The translations under genes were made by a program, and so were the position numbers. Below the pieces are notes generated by a model. That model did not search any database. It saw only the letters and a list, made by a program, of their open reading frames with translations, and was not told the DNA's origin. 64,000 nucleotides of DNA from Octopus vulgaris. Its lineage: Eukaryota. Of this stretch, positions 12,222 to 25,885 are shown piece by piece; the stretch's first letter is position 1, and each line of letters starts with the position of its first letter. Where the stretch lies: contig OX597826.1 in assembly GCA_951406725.2 (NCBI GenBank), positions 71,114,001 through 71,178,000 of the forward strand. Direction: 5' to 3'.

Positions 12222-12719
12222 TATATACATACATACATACATACATACATACATACATACATACATACATACATACATACATACATACATACATACGCAC
12301 ACACAAATTCTTAGTTGATAAAGGAAGCGAAAGACGGATTTACTACGTATCATTATTCAGCCCGACAATCATACTAAATCAATCTTCCGTTTCCTTTATC
12401 GGCTATAAATTCAACAAGCACTGCGTATTTCCTGACGTAGATTCAACAAAAAATATATCGTTACTGTGGATGACATCAGGCAGCCCACACGGAGAGTGTA
12501 CTTTAATCGACATACTAATAGACATATACCCTAAGTCCAAGCTGTTATATATGCACACACACTCACACACACGAGTAAACACATACATGCAAAACAAGGT
12601 AAAAGAAGTAGTACTCGAATACCGAGTGTAGAGTCTTGATCACAACTATCCGACGAACGAGAATGTAAAATTCTGAATTACAGTTTTCTGTGACACTTTT
12701 GCAGCTTCAATTTAAAAAG

Positions 12720-12814
<95 letters not shown>

Positions 12815-13009
12815 GGCAATTTCTGTCTGTCTGGGCATCTGGTCATTACTATCTTGCTGTCCAAACCAGAAAACCAATCTTCACCAAACTTTGTATACAT
12901 GTCGAACTAACATCTGGTTCAATTACAGGCTGATTAGATTTAAATAAAAATCGATAATCGACCGACTACGGGAGTTGGACTATTACATGCTAAAATGAGA
13001 GGGGTGCAA

Positions 13010-13075
<66 letters not shown>

Positions 13076-14869
13076 CTTCATACTGATCTCATATGTCATT
13101 CCAAGTACTGAAAATTGTATGGCGATGGAGGAATGATGACGTGTGCAGATTTAGCCAGTTGGAAGCGCGCAATTAGTTACTACTTTCAAGCAGTGCAGAA
13201 CTGCAATGGGACTGAATAGTCATCTGAGAGGTCACGGATGGAAAATCAGAAATGCAATTGACAACAATGAAGCAAAAGGAGACACAAATCATCTGCAAAG
13301 ATGGATCAATCCCCACGTATGTGTGCGGGGGTGCGTGTGTGTGTGCACGTTTGTACGTGCGTGAGTATCTTGGTCATGACTTTAAACCACATTCGGTAAT
13401 GAGGCCAGAGTGCAGGAGTTACAGGGTTTTGAGAAGTGGAGGACCACTTCTTAGCCACTAATGTCCCCAGGTCTATTCTAACTTGGATTAGTAGCACCTG
13501 TCGAGGGCCCAGTTATAGGTTAACTGGCGTGTTATAGAAGGAACTCCAAGCACAAAACCTCACTGCTTTGTGAATAGTTTCGTGAAGGAAAAGGCTAGGG
13601 GAGTGAACCTTGACAGCAAATGAAGAAGTGGAGTCCCTCGGGTGATCTAGTTCCCTCTTTAACACCTTTCCAGCAACTCCAAGGTATGTGGAGCTCTCCA
13701 GCCCTATAAAGCAATTTACTGTGGAGAACAGCTTGCTGGTCCCCAAGGCCATCTCAGCCCCCTAAGCTATTGTGGTAAGAACTCCAAGTCTAATGAACGG
13801 GATAGAATTTTGCAGACTTACTTTCACTTTAAAACTACTAAGCTCGGGCAGGAAGAAAGCCCTCCCCTTGATTTCTTGTTTTATTTACAAAATTTTATTG
13901 TGAATTTCCGAGAACTTCCGTGTTTTCGTCTCTGGTGGAGACGACCACCATTCCACCATGTAATCGACTTAAAAATTTAAGACATTTTCTTGGAATGAAA
14001 TCAATAGTAGCCTGAAAACACAAATAAAGAAATGTTATCCACCAGTGCGGTATTGAGCACTCATTCGCATTGTTCGACATTTACACATACATATACACAC
14101 ACCCACACGGACAAGGACACACACACACATACACACCATATATATATATATATATAGGGAGAGTTTACGAAAAAAACAAAAGACGAAGACAGGTGGTGTA
14201 CAAAACAAACAGATGTATTAGTATAACGCTCAGGAATAGAAAAAGTCTTTCACGTTTCGAGCCTACGCTCTTCTACAGAAAGGGACACCGAATAGACAAG
14301 GAGAGAAACAAGGAGAGAAAAAACAAGGAAAAAAACAAGGAGACAAAACAATGTGTGCAGAGGCTAACGATCTATCATGGCGACTATCATGGCATATATA
14401 TATATATGCATATCAGTAACAGAGCAAAAGGAAAGTAGCAAGGAGTGGGGAAAAAATCATCCTTACAAATTCTGGTCAAGAGAGTCAGGGGAGAGAATTC
14501 AGAATTTAAATTAATTTAATATGAAATTAACCGTCAATTCTACGGGAAACGAGTTTCATCTTTGGCAGTATGTATCAACTCTGGACTTATTTGAGCTTGT
14601 CACCGTTTGTGTGATCAAGGAAGCTTCTACATTGTAACTCGACCTGCTACACATAGCAGCTGAATTTTCTTCTGAATTTGGTAAACTTCTATAATCTAGC
14701 GTCTTAAAAAAGATAATAAAAAATAACAGAGAAATGATAACTTAGACAATGGAGTCTGAAACGTAAGAGGTGATAGGGGTGATGGTGACGGTAGTGATGG
14801 TGAGGTTGTGATGGTGATAGTAGTGAGGGTGTTGGTATTAGTAACGGTGGTCGTCATAGTGATAGTGAT

Positions 14870-15030
14870 AATGATGATGGTGATGATAGTGTCGGCATCG
14901 GTGATAGTGAAATGATGAAGTTGAAGACGGTGATGATGAAGATGATGATATTGATGATGATGATGATCATGATCATGATGATGACGGAGATGATGAGGAC
15001 GATGGCGATGATGACGATGATGATGATGAC

Positions 15031-15063
<33 letters not shown>

Positions 15064-15294
15064 AATGATGATAATGATGATGATGATGACGATGATCATG
15101 ATGACGATGATGATGATGACGATGATCATGATGATGATGATCATGATGTTGATGATCATGATGATCATGATGATCATGATGATGACGGAGATGATGAGGA
15201 CGATGAGGATGATCATGATGATGATGATGACGATGATGATGATGACGATGACGATGATGATGACGATGATGATGATGACGATGATGATGATGAC

Positions 15295-15326
<32 letters not shown>
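14870..15326. repeat. (GAT)n/(GAC) degenerate trinucleotide array
   Basis: Source of the poly-His, poly-Met and poly-Ile ORFs. Confidence 0.9.
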
Positions 15327-15327
<1 letters not shown>

Positions 15328-16126
15328 AAGGAGGAGTGGAGTAGGAGGAAGTGGAGTAGGAGGAGGAAGAGAATGGTGGTGGTGGTGGCAAAAGTGGTAT
15401 TGGTAATGTTGAGGTTAATGATGTTAGTGGTGATTGTGGTAGTAGTACAGATGTTGGTGGTGGTGGTGGTTTTGGTGGTTTTGGTACACTGGTCGGACGT
15501 AGGGGTAATTGCTGTAGCGGAAGTGTTAATATTCACGATTATTATTATGATTCGCAATCGGTAAATGGTATTTTTTTTAAATTCTTCTTTCATTGTCAAT
15601 ATTTGAAAATACAATAATTTCTAAATTTTTTTTTTTTTAAATAATCTAAATTCAGTTTCCCATTACCATCCAGTTTCAAAATGTGTTCTGTTTTATCTCT
15701 ATTATTAATGATTTCATTATTCCATTATTCATGATTCCTTTATGATTCCATTATCCTATGATTCCTTATAATTCTTCTATGCCTTTATTCCATTCTTTCG
15801 TCAATATTCTATTGTATTAATTTTTGTTTTGTTTCAATATTCTTGTTAGTGCGCTTGTAATGTTATTGGTATAATAAATACGGTTTGAAGAGAAAGGTAT
15901 TGTTCCTCTCAAGCACTGTATTGGTGCTGCCGTTGCTACTGCTGCTACTGACGCTGTTGCTGCTGTTGCTGTTGCTGTTGCAGACGCTGCTGCTGCTGCT
16001 ATTCTATGCTGCTGTTTCCATTGTTGTTGCTATCGATGCTAAGCAATCTAAACCGCTTCCCAAAAACTCGAACGTTAAATGTATTAACATATTTTGAAGT
16101 TTTCGTCAGGAGCACTTTCACTTTCG

Positions 16127-17050
16127 AAGCATGGCTATGTGATTAAGAAGCTCACTTTGCAACCGCGTGGTTTCAGGTTCCGTTCCACTGCGCGGCACCT
16201 TTGGCAAGTGTCTTCTATTATTATAGCTTCGAACTGACCATTGCCTTGTGAGTGAATTTGACGGGTTCCACACGACGGGTTCCACATGACGGGTTACAAC
16301 ATGACGGGTTCCACACGACGGATTCCACACGATGGGTTCCACATGACGGGTTCCACACGACGGGTTCCACCTGACGAGTTCCACATGACGGGTTCCACAC
16401 GAGAGGTTCCACACGACGGGTTCCACACAACAGGTTCCACACGACGGGTTCCACATAACGAGTTCCACACGACGGGTTCCAACACGACGGGTTCCACATG
16501 ACGGGTTCCACACGACGGGTTCCACACGACGGGTTCCACACAACAGGTTCCACACGACGGGTTCCAAATGACGAGTTCCACACGACGGGTTCCACACGAC
16601 GGGTTCCACACGACGGGTTCCACACGACGGGTTCCACATGACGGGTTCCACACGACGGGTTCCACACGACGGGTTCCACACGACGGGTTCCACATGACGG
16701 ATTACAACATGACGGGTTCCACACGACGGGTTCCACATGACGGGTTCCACACGACGGGTTCCACACGACGGGTTCCACATGACGGGTTCCACATGACGGG
16801 TTCCAGACATAAACTGTTTGGAACCCGTCGTAAAAACATGTGTTTGTCCCTCACCATCGCTTGACATTCAGGTATGGTTTGTTTACGTTCCTGTAACTTA
16901 TCTGTTCAGCAAAAGAAATCGATTGAATAGAATAAGTGTCAGACAGACTTTTGAAAAATAAGTATAGCACGGTGGTCGGTATGTTCAACTAAACCCTTCA
17001 AGGCGGTGCTCCAGCAAGGCCGCAATCCAATGATTGAAACAAACAAAAGG
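16127..17050 (+). mobile_element. Diverged SINE family D copy interrupted by a minisatellite
   Basis: Head 16127-16260 and body/tail 16806-17050 match family D. Confidence 0.7.
16260..16805. repeat. 14-bp minisatellite (GACGGGTTCCACAC)n, ~39 units
   Basis: Direct tandem array with 12-14 bp variants and no unique spacers. Confidence 0.95.
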
Positions 17051-17086
17051 TAAACGAAGGAAAAACTGGACATGACCAAATACACT

Positions 17087-17690
17087 GGTGGCGAACTGGC
17101 AGAAACTTTAGTACGCTGGGCGAAATGCTCAGCAGTATTTCGTTTGTCGCTACGTTCTGAGTTCAAATTCCGCCGAGGTCGACTTTGCCTTTCATCCTTT
17201 CAGGGTCGATTAAATAAGTACCAGTTATACACTGGGGTCGATATAAGCGACTTAATCCGTTTGTCTGTCTTTGTCCTCTCTGTGTTTAGTCTTTAGTCCC
17301 TTGTGGGTAGTAAAGAAATAGGTATTTCGCCTGTCTTTCAGTTCTGAGTTCAAATTCCGCCGAGGTCGACTTTGCCTTTCATCCTTTCGCGGTCGATTAA
17401 ATAAGTACCAGTTATACACTGGGGTCGATATAAGCGACTTAATCCGTTTGTCTGTCCTTGTTTGTCCTCTCTGTGTTTAGCCCCTTGTGGGTAGTGAAGA
17501 AATAGGTATTTCGTCTGTCTTTCAATTCTGAGTTCAAATTCCGCCGAGGTCGACTTTGCCTTTCATCCTTTTCTGGGTCGATAAATTAAGTACCAGTTAT
17601 GCCCTGGGGTCGATGCAATCGACTTAATCCGTTTGACTGTCCTTGTTTGTCCTCTCTATGTTTAACCCCTTGTGGGTAGTAAAGAAATAA
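17087..17690 (+). mobile_element. SINE family A trimer
   Basis: Units restart at GGTATTTCG at 17321 and 17505. Confidence 0.85.
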
Positions 17691-18129
17691 ATACGTTGAG
17701 CTGGAGGAGGAGGAGGGGGTACAGTACAAAATAGCTGAGAGTCTATCAAGCAGAGGATTCTTCGTTGAGCTGCTGTTTAACATCAAGGCAGTATAGTGTT
17801 TGAGCAGAGACCTATAACGAAAGCATTCTAGCCGTAACCATCCAAAATGATTTTCACGGGCGAACATCTGAAATGAGAAGATAACTCTTAGATAACTCGT
17901 AGATTTTGGTAGCGAGTTTGGTAGTGTTTTATTTAACAGTATCCGTTATGGTTAGACCACACACACACACACACATGCACACAGAATTTAGAGATGGGTT
18001 TTATGAGCGACGACGAAGTAGTATTTTTTATAATATGCACAAAAAGTTAGACCAGTATTTGGACTAATGTAACTGATGTCGCTTTTTTTGCTAAATGGGC
18101 ATGCATAGAAATATGAATTATTTTAACTA

Positions 18130-18163
18130 CGCACACACACACACGCACGCACACACACACACA

Positions 18164-18201
<38 letters not shown>

Positions 18202-18918
18202 CACATACACATACACACACACACATTATATTGTATTGTATAATTATTTTATCAGTATACGTATGTATATATACTATGTATGTATATATATATACTATGT
18301 GTGTATGTATGCATATATCTCACATATATATTATATTGTATATATTAAGAGTATGTATATATACTCTTAATATATATACACACACATATATATATATATG
18401 TATGTATGTATGTATATACATATACATATGTGTATGTATATATACATGTATGTATAAATGCATATACATGTATGTATGCATGTATGTATACATGTATGTA
18501 TGTATACATGTATGTATGTATGTATACATGTATGTATGTATGTATGTATACATGTATGTATGTATACATGCATGTATGTATGTATACATGTATGTATGTA
18601 TACATGTATGTATGCATGTATGTATACATGTATGTATACATGTATGTATGTATGTATGTATGTATGTATGTATGTATGTATGTATGTATGTATGTATGTA
18701 TGTATGTATGTGTGTATGTATTTGTATGTATGTATGTATGTATGTATGTATGTATGTATGTATGTATGTGTGTGTGTATGTATGTATGTATGTGTGTATG
18801 TATGTATGTATGCATGCATGTATGCATGTATGTATGTATGCATGTATGTATGTATGTATGTATGTATGTATGCATGTATGTATGTGTATGTATGTATGTA
18901 TGTATGTATGTATGTATG
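18130..18918. repeat. (CA)n/(TA)n/(TATG)n compound microsatellite
   Basis: Direct tandem arrays; source of the MYVC and HTYI ORFs. Confidence 0.95.
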
Positions 18919-19449
18919 AAGATTTTAATCAATAAATTACATCAATAACTCAATGATGACACTTTGAATGTTTTTTATAATTGTTTACGTATCGTTTCTC
19001 TGTTTGTTTATTTTTATATTCTTTATTACGCTTCTATTTATCGTGTTTTATATTTTCTCATTATTTTCGTAACGTTTTTTTTATTTATTACTTTTAACAT
19101 TTTTTAAGTACTTCTTATGATTATGTATATATTTGTTGGCTGTGTAGTTAAGACACACGTTTTGAAATCACATGGTTTGTGGTTCAGTCCCACTGCACGG
19201 TACTTCGAACAAATGTCTTCTACTGTAAACCTTAGGGCGACTAATATCTTGTGAATGATTACGTTCGACAGAAACTGTGAGGAAGCCTGTTACATATGTG
19301 TGTGTGTGTGTGTTTGCTCCTTCTTCCACCGCTTGAAAACCGGTGTTGGTTTATTTGCATTCCCATAATTCAGCGATTCTGCAAAACGAATCCGATAAAA
19401 TAAATACCAGACTTGGTATTTATTTTATTTATAAAATTTCGGTATTTAT

Positions 19450-19659
19450 TTTACTCTTTTACTTGTTTCATTCATTTGACTGTGGCCATACTGGAGCACC
19501 GCATTTAGTGTAGCAAATCGCCCCCCCCCCCCCCCCGACTTATTCTTTGTAAGCCTAGTACTTATTCTATCATTCTCTTTTGCCTAACCGCTAAGTTATG
19601 GCGACGTAAACACACCAGCATCGGTTGTCAAGCGATGTTGGGGGGACAAACACAGACAC

Positions 19660-19738
<79 letters not shown>

Positions 19739-19890
19739 GACGGGCTTCTTTCAGTTTCCGTCTACCAAATCCACTCACAGGGCTTTAGTCAGCCCGAGGC
19801 TATAGTAGAAGACACTTGCCCAAGGTGCCACGCAGTGGGACTGAACCCGGAACCATGTTGTTGGTTAGCAAGCTACTTACCACACAGCCA
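19450..19890 (-). mobile_element. SINE family D
   Basis: Reverse complement of 3033-3500 with internal (CA)n(TA)n. Confidence 0.85.
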
Positions 19891-20158
19891 CCCCAGTACT
19901 GGGGTCGATTTACACGACTAGACCCTTCAAGGCGGTGCCCCAGCACAGCCGCAGTTCAATGACTAAAACACGTAAAAGATAATTAATAAAAAGTCTGTTT
20001 ACACCTGCGTTACTTAACATTCTTATAAATATTTATATACCTTTAATAAAATTATTTGTTTAGTGTTTTTCTCTATCTTCATTCAATTAAGTAACTGTTT
20101 ACTAAAGGTTTTTGTTCTATCTACTTTGTTGTCTATGTTTGCGTATAAAACATTAATA

Positions 20159-20724
20159 TTGGGCTGTCCGGAAAGTTCGTGCCGATTTTTAAAGGAAAGA
20201 AAAAGGTCAATAAATACTTGCCATTACATTTTTAATCAACCAAATATGAACCTTTTTCTTGCACAATGCGTCTCCATCTTTCCTTTAACTTGAAAATACC
20301 CTCTTCCCAGAATTGAGGTGGTTTCATGGCAAAGAATTCATCAAGGCATCTTTTTACGTCATCCAAGGAATTGAAATTTTTACCATTAAGTCTATTCTGC
20401 AGAGGCCTGAATAAATGAAAATCCGAAGGAGCAATATCTGGTGAATATGGAGGGCGGGGTAACACATCCCAGCCGAGCTGCAGCAATTTGTGTCTGGTTC
20501 CCAAAGCATCAAGTGCTGAAAATGAACTCTCTTATCTTCCATTTTAAAGGGTTACAGAATTAACACAGGTTATAGGAACATAAACCTTCTTCCACGAAAA
20601 GATAGCTTAAACTGTGCTCTAAAAGGAGGTGTAGTCAAATCCTATTTTATGGACTCAACCATGTTCTAAAATAAGTCGAAAGGTAAGCTACTATAAATCG
20701 GCACGAACTTTCTGGACAACCCAA
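20159..20724 (-). mobile_element. Internally deleted mariner element
   Basis: TIRs TTGGGCTGTCCGGAAAGTTCGTGCCGATTT / AAATCGGCACGAACTTTCTGGACAACCCAA flanked by TA. Residual ORF has the LPRPPYSPDIAPSDFHLF mariner motif. A one-ended copy lies at about 34107-34185. Confidence 0.9.
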
Positions 20725-20927
20725 TAAAACGCGGAATACAAGAGAAAATGGCGGCCTGTATCGGCAAAATAAATATACAGTGTTGCTCACGCGTTAAGAT
20801 AATCACAAGTCATTGGTCGGCGACCCGTGGCCGAAGTAGAAGAACCTTACCCAAGACACCCTGCAGTGAGAACTGAACCCAATACCATGTGGTTCGAAGA
20901 GAAGATTCTTAACACATGGGCGCGCGT

Positions 20928-20990
<63 letters not shown>

Positions 20991-22556
20991 ATGCCGTGTG
21001 ATTCATTCACTTTTTGAAAAGTAGAACAGGTGTTGCTTTGAAACATTTTCTAGGAGGTAGGGTTGTTTTTTTTTGTTTGCTTGCTTGTTTGTTTTATAGA
21101 ATAAGTACTAGGCTTTCAAAGAATGAGTCCCGGGGTCGATTTCCTCGACTAAAGGCGGTGCCCCAGCATGGCCGCTGTCAAATGACTGAAACAAGTAAAA
21201 GAGCAAAAGAGTAAAAATAATATTTTCTGCTATAGGTACGAGACCTGAAATTTTGAGGAGGTGGGGTCTAGTCTATATACATTGACCCCCGGCTGTGTTC
21301 AACTGGTCTTTGTTTCATCGACCCAGAGAGAATAAAAGGTAAAGTTGATTTTGGCGGAATTTCTACTCAGAACATAAAGACGGACGAAAGCTACTAAGCA
21401 TTTTGTCCGGCATGCTAACGATTCTTATTTCTTTACTGCCCACAAGGGGCTATTTCTGGAGCAACGTGAAATGAATTGTTTTGCTCAAGAACACAACGCG
21501 TCACCCGGTCCAGAAATCGAAACCACAATCTTACGTTCATGAGTCCAACACCCTAACCACTAAGCCACGCGCCTCCACCATATAATGTAAAGTCGACCTC
21601 GGCGGAATTTGAACTCAGAACGTAAAGAGGGATGAAAGACGCCCTGCATGCTAACGATTCTGCCAGCCTACCAATAATAAGAATAACCCTTTCTTATTTT
21701 GGCAGGCCAGCAACTTTGAGGGGTGGGGAAGTCGATTACATCGAACCCAGTGCGTCCCTGGTATTCATTTTATTGACCCCGAAAGGATGAAAGGCAAAGT
21801 CGACCTCGGCGGAATTTGAACTCAGAATATAAAGTCGGGTGAAATGCCGCTAAGCATTTTATCCGGTGTGCTAAGCTCGCCAATAATAATAATTATTGTT
21901 ACATTTGCGTAGGCTTTTTACATGTTATATTATTTACCTAATTTCACAAGAGTCATTCTTCTTTCAAACAAAGGACCAAATACGCCTATCGAACTCAACC
22001 TGGCCGCTTATGTTGTAATTCTGAAACCCTGGAACTGGGTGTGGGTGGTACCCTGTGGTGAGGTAGCGTTACACGATAGCAACAACCACAAGACACAAAG
22101 GATAAATATTTAAAAAAAATTATTTGTGATATTCAATACATTCGTACGTTCCACCACATGGATTACCGGTGGAACATTGCCATCAAAAATACCACTAAAT
22201 GCAATCACAATAGGTCTGACTGTTGTTTACGACAGAAGGCAAAATTTGTGCGTTGTCCAACGGATATGAGTATTTCATTGAAAATCAATGAAAAAAAATG
22301 AGAACATTTATTGATAAATGTTGCTTTACCAAGATTATAAATTTACACTTATACCTATAATAATGAGCTAACTCTAAAGGCGGCGAGCTGGCAGAATCGT
22401 TACCGCGCCGGCAAAGATACATAACAGCATTTCGTTCGTCTTCACGTTCAAATTACGTCAACGTTGTCTTTGCCTTTTGGAATCGCCGGCCTGGCTTGAC
22501 AAAATTTCTTACTGGTGCAATAGTTTACATTATAGTATCACCTTAACCCTTCGTGG

Positions 22557-22815
22557 TGGAGGCGCGTGGCTTAGTGGATAGGGTGTCAGCATCATGATCG
22601 TAAGATTGTGGTTTCGATTCCTGAACCGAGCGACGCGTTGTGTTCTTGAGCAAAACACTTCATTTCACGTTGCTCCAGTCCACTCAGCTGGCAAAAATGA
22701 GTAACGCTGCGATGGACTGGCGTCTCGTCAAGCTGGGGAACACATACGCCATAGAAACCGGGAAACCGGGCCCATGAGCCTAGCTAGGCTTTAAATGGGC
22801 ACATTTATTTTATTT
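22557..22815 (+). mobile_element. tRNA-derived SINE family C
   Basis: GGAGGCGCGTGGCTTAGTGG A-box, GGTTTCGATTCC B-box, 14-bp TSD TTAACCCTTCGTGG. Second copy at about 53651-53915. Confidence 0.85.
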
Positions 22816-23358
22816 TTAACCCTTCGTGGGCCGGCGGGTTTGGAATTACATAAAAAGCCATTGGGGGTACCCTTTTATTTTTGCGCATTTCCGCACTGTC
22901 CATAAAGTAATATTTGTTTAATTTTAATTCCGCCGAGGTCGACTTCACCTTTCATCCTTTTGGGGACGATAAATTAAGTACCAGTTGTGTACTGGGATTG
23001 ATCTAGTCGACTGGCCTCCCCCGCTTTCAAATTTTGGGCCTTGTGCCTAGTGTAGAAAATAATATTTGTTCAATCTTGTATATATGTGTGAGTGCATGAT
23101 ACAGAACAAGAAATTTAGCACTTTTTTTATAGTTTTATAAACTATACATACTAAATATACATACTATACATAATATACATACTAAATATATATATACTAA
23201 ATAGATATACTAAATATAAATATACATACTAATTATAGAATAAAGCAAAAGGAATACAATTTAAAAAAGTATATCAATTCATACCAGTACAAATACGAAG
23301 AAAATTGACTTATAGTTCATCAGAATATCTGAAAAAAGAACAGAAAGGAATAATTTCA

Positions 23359-23765
23359 CAGGCGTAGGAGTGGCTGTGGTAAGAAGCTTGCTTACCAACC
23401 ACATGGTTCCTGGTTCAGTCCCACTGCGTGGCATCTTGAGCAAGTGTCTTCTACTATAGCGTCGGGCCGACCAAAGCCTTGTGAGTGGATTTGGTAGACG
23501 GAAACTGAAAGAAGCCAGTCGTATATATGTATATGTATATATATATGTGTGTGTGTGTGTGTTTGTCCCCCAACATCGCTTGACAACCGATGCTAGTGTG
23601 TTTACGTCCCCGTAAAATAGCGGTTCGGCAAAAGAGACCAATAGGATAAGTACGAGGCTTAGAAAGAATAAGTCCTGGGGTCGATTTGCTCGATCGACTA
23701 AAAGCAATGCTCCAGCATGGCCACAGTCAAATGACTGAAACAAGTAAAAGAGTAAAAGGGTAAAA
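23359..23765 (+). mobile_element. SINE family D
   Basis: Full-length match to 3033-3500. Confidence 0.85.
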
Positions 23766-24680
23766 GAGAGAAGGCCAATGGGGTCCAGTTGGACTCCAGT
23801 TACCATATTTTATGCTATAACATTCATATGACTGGAAATTCTTAACTCAAAATTTGTACGTGCATACATAAGCTATTGACAATAAAAGTCATGAGATATA
23901 AAATCGTTTAAGTAAAAAATATAAAAGTTGCATAACTTTTAAAATTCTCTGGGGTCCCAAGGGACACCGCCGGCCCACGAAGGGTTAAAGGCAAGGATCT
24001 GAATGACAATTCAGATAGTGGAAATAATTAGTTCATAGCAGGCTTGGTAGGACAGAGTTCATGTTTTCAAAGAAAATGGTGATACTCAAACTGCTGCACG
24101 TTTGCATTGGTAGTCTGATATGAACATACTTTGTGCTATGTGTTTTTATTTGTACTTACAATTATTTTATCACTATAAGATATTGCGCTTATGATATCAG
24201 AGTAAATTCTTCAATATTAGTGTTGCAAAGCGATCTTCTTAACCACAAAGCTGTCCCTGCGCTTGTCAAAATTTATATTATTATTATTATATATATGAAC
24301 AAAACCCACACTCTCAAAAAACCTAATAACTGAAGCTGTCAAAATTTAAAGGAAAGGTTAAATGCATAAAATAGCTGCATAAATTATGGTAATTGTTTTA
24401 GAATTTGCGATGGGCAATCAAATATTACCGTATCTTAACGTGTATAAGGAACCCTTTTTTGTCAAAAATTAGGCTAAAAAAATATGGGAATTTTTTTATA
24501 CCTGGATAGTTTTATAATCCTTTACATAACTTTTTCCCAAATTTTAAGCCCCAAAAATTTAGGGGTTAAAATACGGTAATTAGTGTGTTGCAGATCTATA
24601 ACGTGATTCGAACTTGGAACTTTTTGGTTTCCGAACACGAAATATTGTATCCGGTATTTTGTCGTGCCAGCAAAAACTGA

Positions 24681-24938
24681 CCAATGGTTTCCTAGGAATT
24701 TTGGAATCTGGTCAAAACAGCTCGTAGATGTGATGACGTCAAGAAAAAACTAAACCGTGACGAGCAACGATCATACATTACATTCTTTGAGTGACGTCAA
24801 CAAAAATTCAAACGAATCCAAAATTGTTGATTGGAAAAATCAGTCAAGCTTTGATTATGTTAATCACAGTCAGTAAAGTGAGTAGCGAACAATAAAGTCA
24901 GACGAATACAGAATTATATTTGGCCGGGTCAGAGGTCA
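24681..24938. promoter_or_regulatory. Candidate promoter/enhancer: 2 CRE palindromes, 2 CCAAT boxes, 1 DR1
   Basis: CCAAT 24681-24685; TGACGTCA 24734-24741 and 24792-24799; ATTGG 24830-24834; GGGTCA-G-AGGTCA 24926-24938; all in non-repetitive sequence. Confidence 0.4.
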
Positions 24939-25387
24939 GTGTGCAACGAACTGATACCGGTAGACAAGATGCTAAATACAGATAAATTACAGACAATAGA
25001 AGCTGATAGACAGAGTCATGAACAACGAAGCATCGCTGCAAACGAAATTCGAAATTCCTTCTCTTATAACAACCACCGAAAGGCTAACAAAACTTCTGCC
25101 ATGCGAATAATTTCGGCTGATTCTGTTTTGACAGAAAGACGTGAACGCTACACTAGTTAACCACTCCAGTATATCAACACTAATCACCACACAGAAAAAT
25201 TCCAACATAATAGAGTGAAATGGACTCTGTTTCACTTTTTGATTTTTGTTGTTGCTTGTTTTCTTTTCTTTTTCTTTTTTTTTTTCTTCCGGGCCTAAGT
25301 GTCTGGCTTTTCTTTCTAAAGTATAAAAGGTAACAATAAGTATATGATTTCAACTCATATTCACATCATCAACTTCGGCTTATTATG

Positions 25388-25885
25388 AGGCGGCGAGCTG
25401 GCAGAGACGTTAGCACACCGGCGAAATGTTTAGCGGCATTTCGTCTGCCATTACATTCTGAGTTCAAATTCCGCCGAGGTCGACTTTGCCTTTCACCCTT
25501 TCGAGGTCGATAAATTTAGTACCAGTTACGCACTGGGGTCGATGTAATCGACCTAACCCCTTTGTCTGCCCTTGTTTGTCCCCTCTGTGGGCAATAAAGA
25601 AATGTGTATATGATTTCAACTCATATTCACATCATCGGCTTCGGTTTATAATGAGGCGGCGAGCTGGCAGAAACGTTAGCACACCGGCGAAATGTTTACC
25701 GGCATTTCGTCTGCCGCTACGTTCTGAGTTCAAATTCCGCCGAGGTCGACTTTGCCTTTCACCCTTTCGGAGTCGATAAATTTAGTACCAGTTACGCACT
25801 GGGGTCGATGTAATCGACCTAACCCCTTTGTCTGATCTTGTTTGTCCCCTCTGTGTTTAGCCCCTTGTGGGCAATAAAGAAATAA
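25388..25885 (+). mobile_element. Two SINE A copies from a local tandem duplication
   Basis: The same ~45-bp unique upstream flank (tatatgatttcaactcatattcacatcatc) precedes both copies. Confidence 0.8.

Larger units (their letters stand above)
22547..23984. mobile_element. Non-autonomous piggyBac-type element containing three nested SINEs
   Basis: TTAA TSD; 18-bp TIR CCCTTCGTGGGCCGGCGG (22820-22837) / CCGCCGGCCCACGAAGGG (23967-23984). Confidence 0.8.

Noticed and set aside
13140-13860. Possible host exon in GC-elevated sequence (also 31202-31450, 60120-61450)
   Set aside because: No sustained ORF or paired splice sites. They look like old LINE remnants that I cannot classify reliably.
14696-15406. 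Histidine-rich or Met-rich protein
   Set aside because: Degenerate (GAT)n array open in several frames, with no signal peptide or exon boundaries.
15885-16097. Leu-rich signal-peptide-like ORF
   Set aside because: Starts at TTG and derives from a (CTG/TTG) low-complexity tract.
16260-16805. CRISPR-like array or Cys-rich repeat protein (WNPSCGTRRVEP)
   Set aside because: No unique spacers, no cas genes, eukaryotic context. The 14-bp unit is not a multiple of 3 and lies inside a SINE.
18095-18948. MYVC/HTYI ORFs
   Set aside because: (TATG)n microsatellite translations; likewise the IYLS, CVCV and IYIY ORFs throughout the window.
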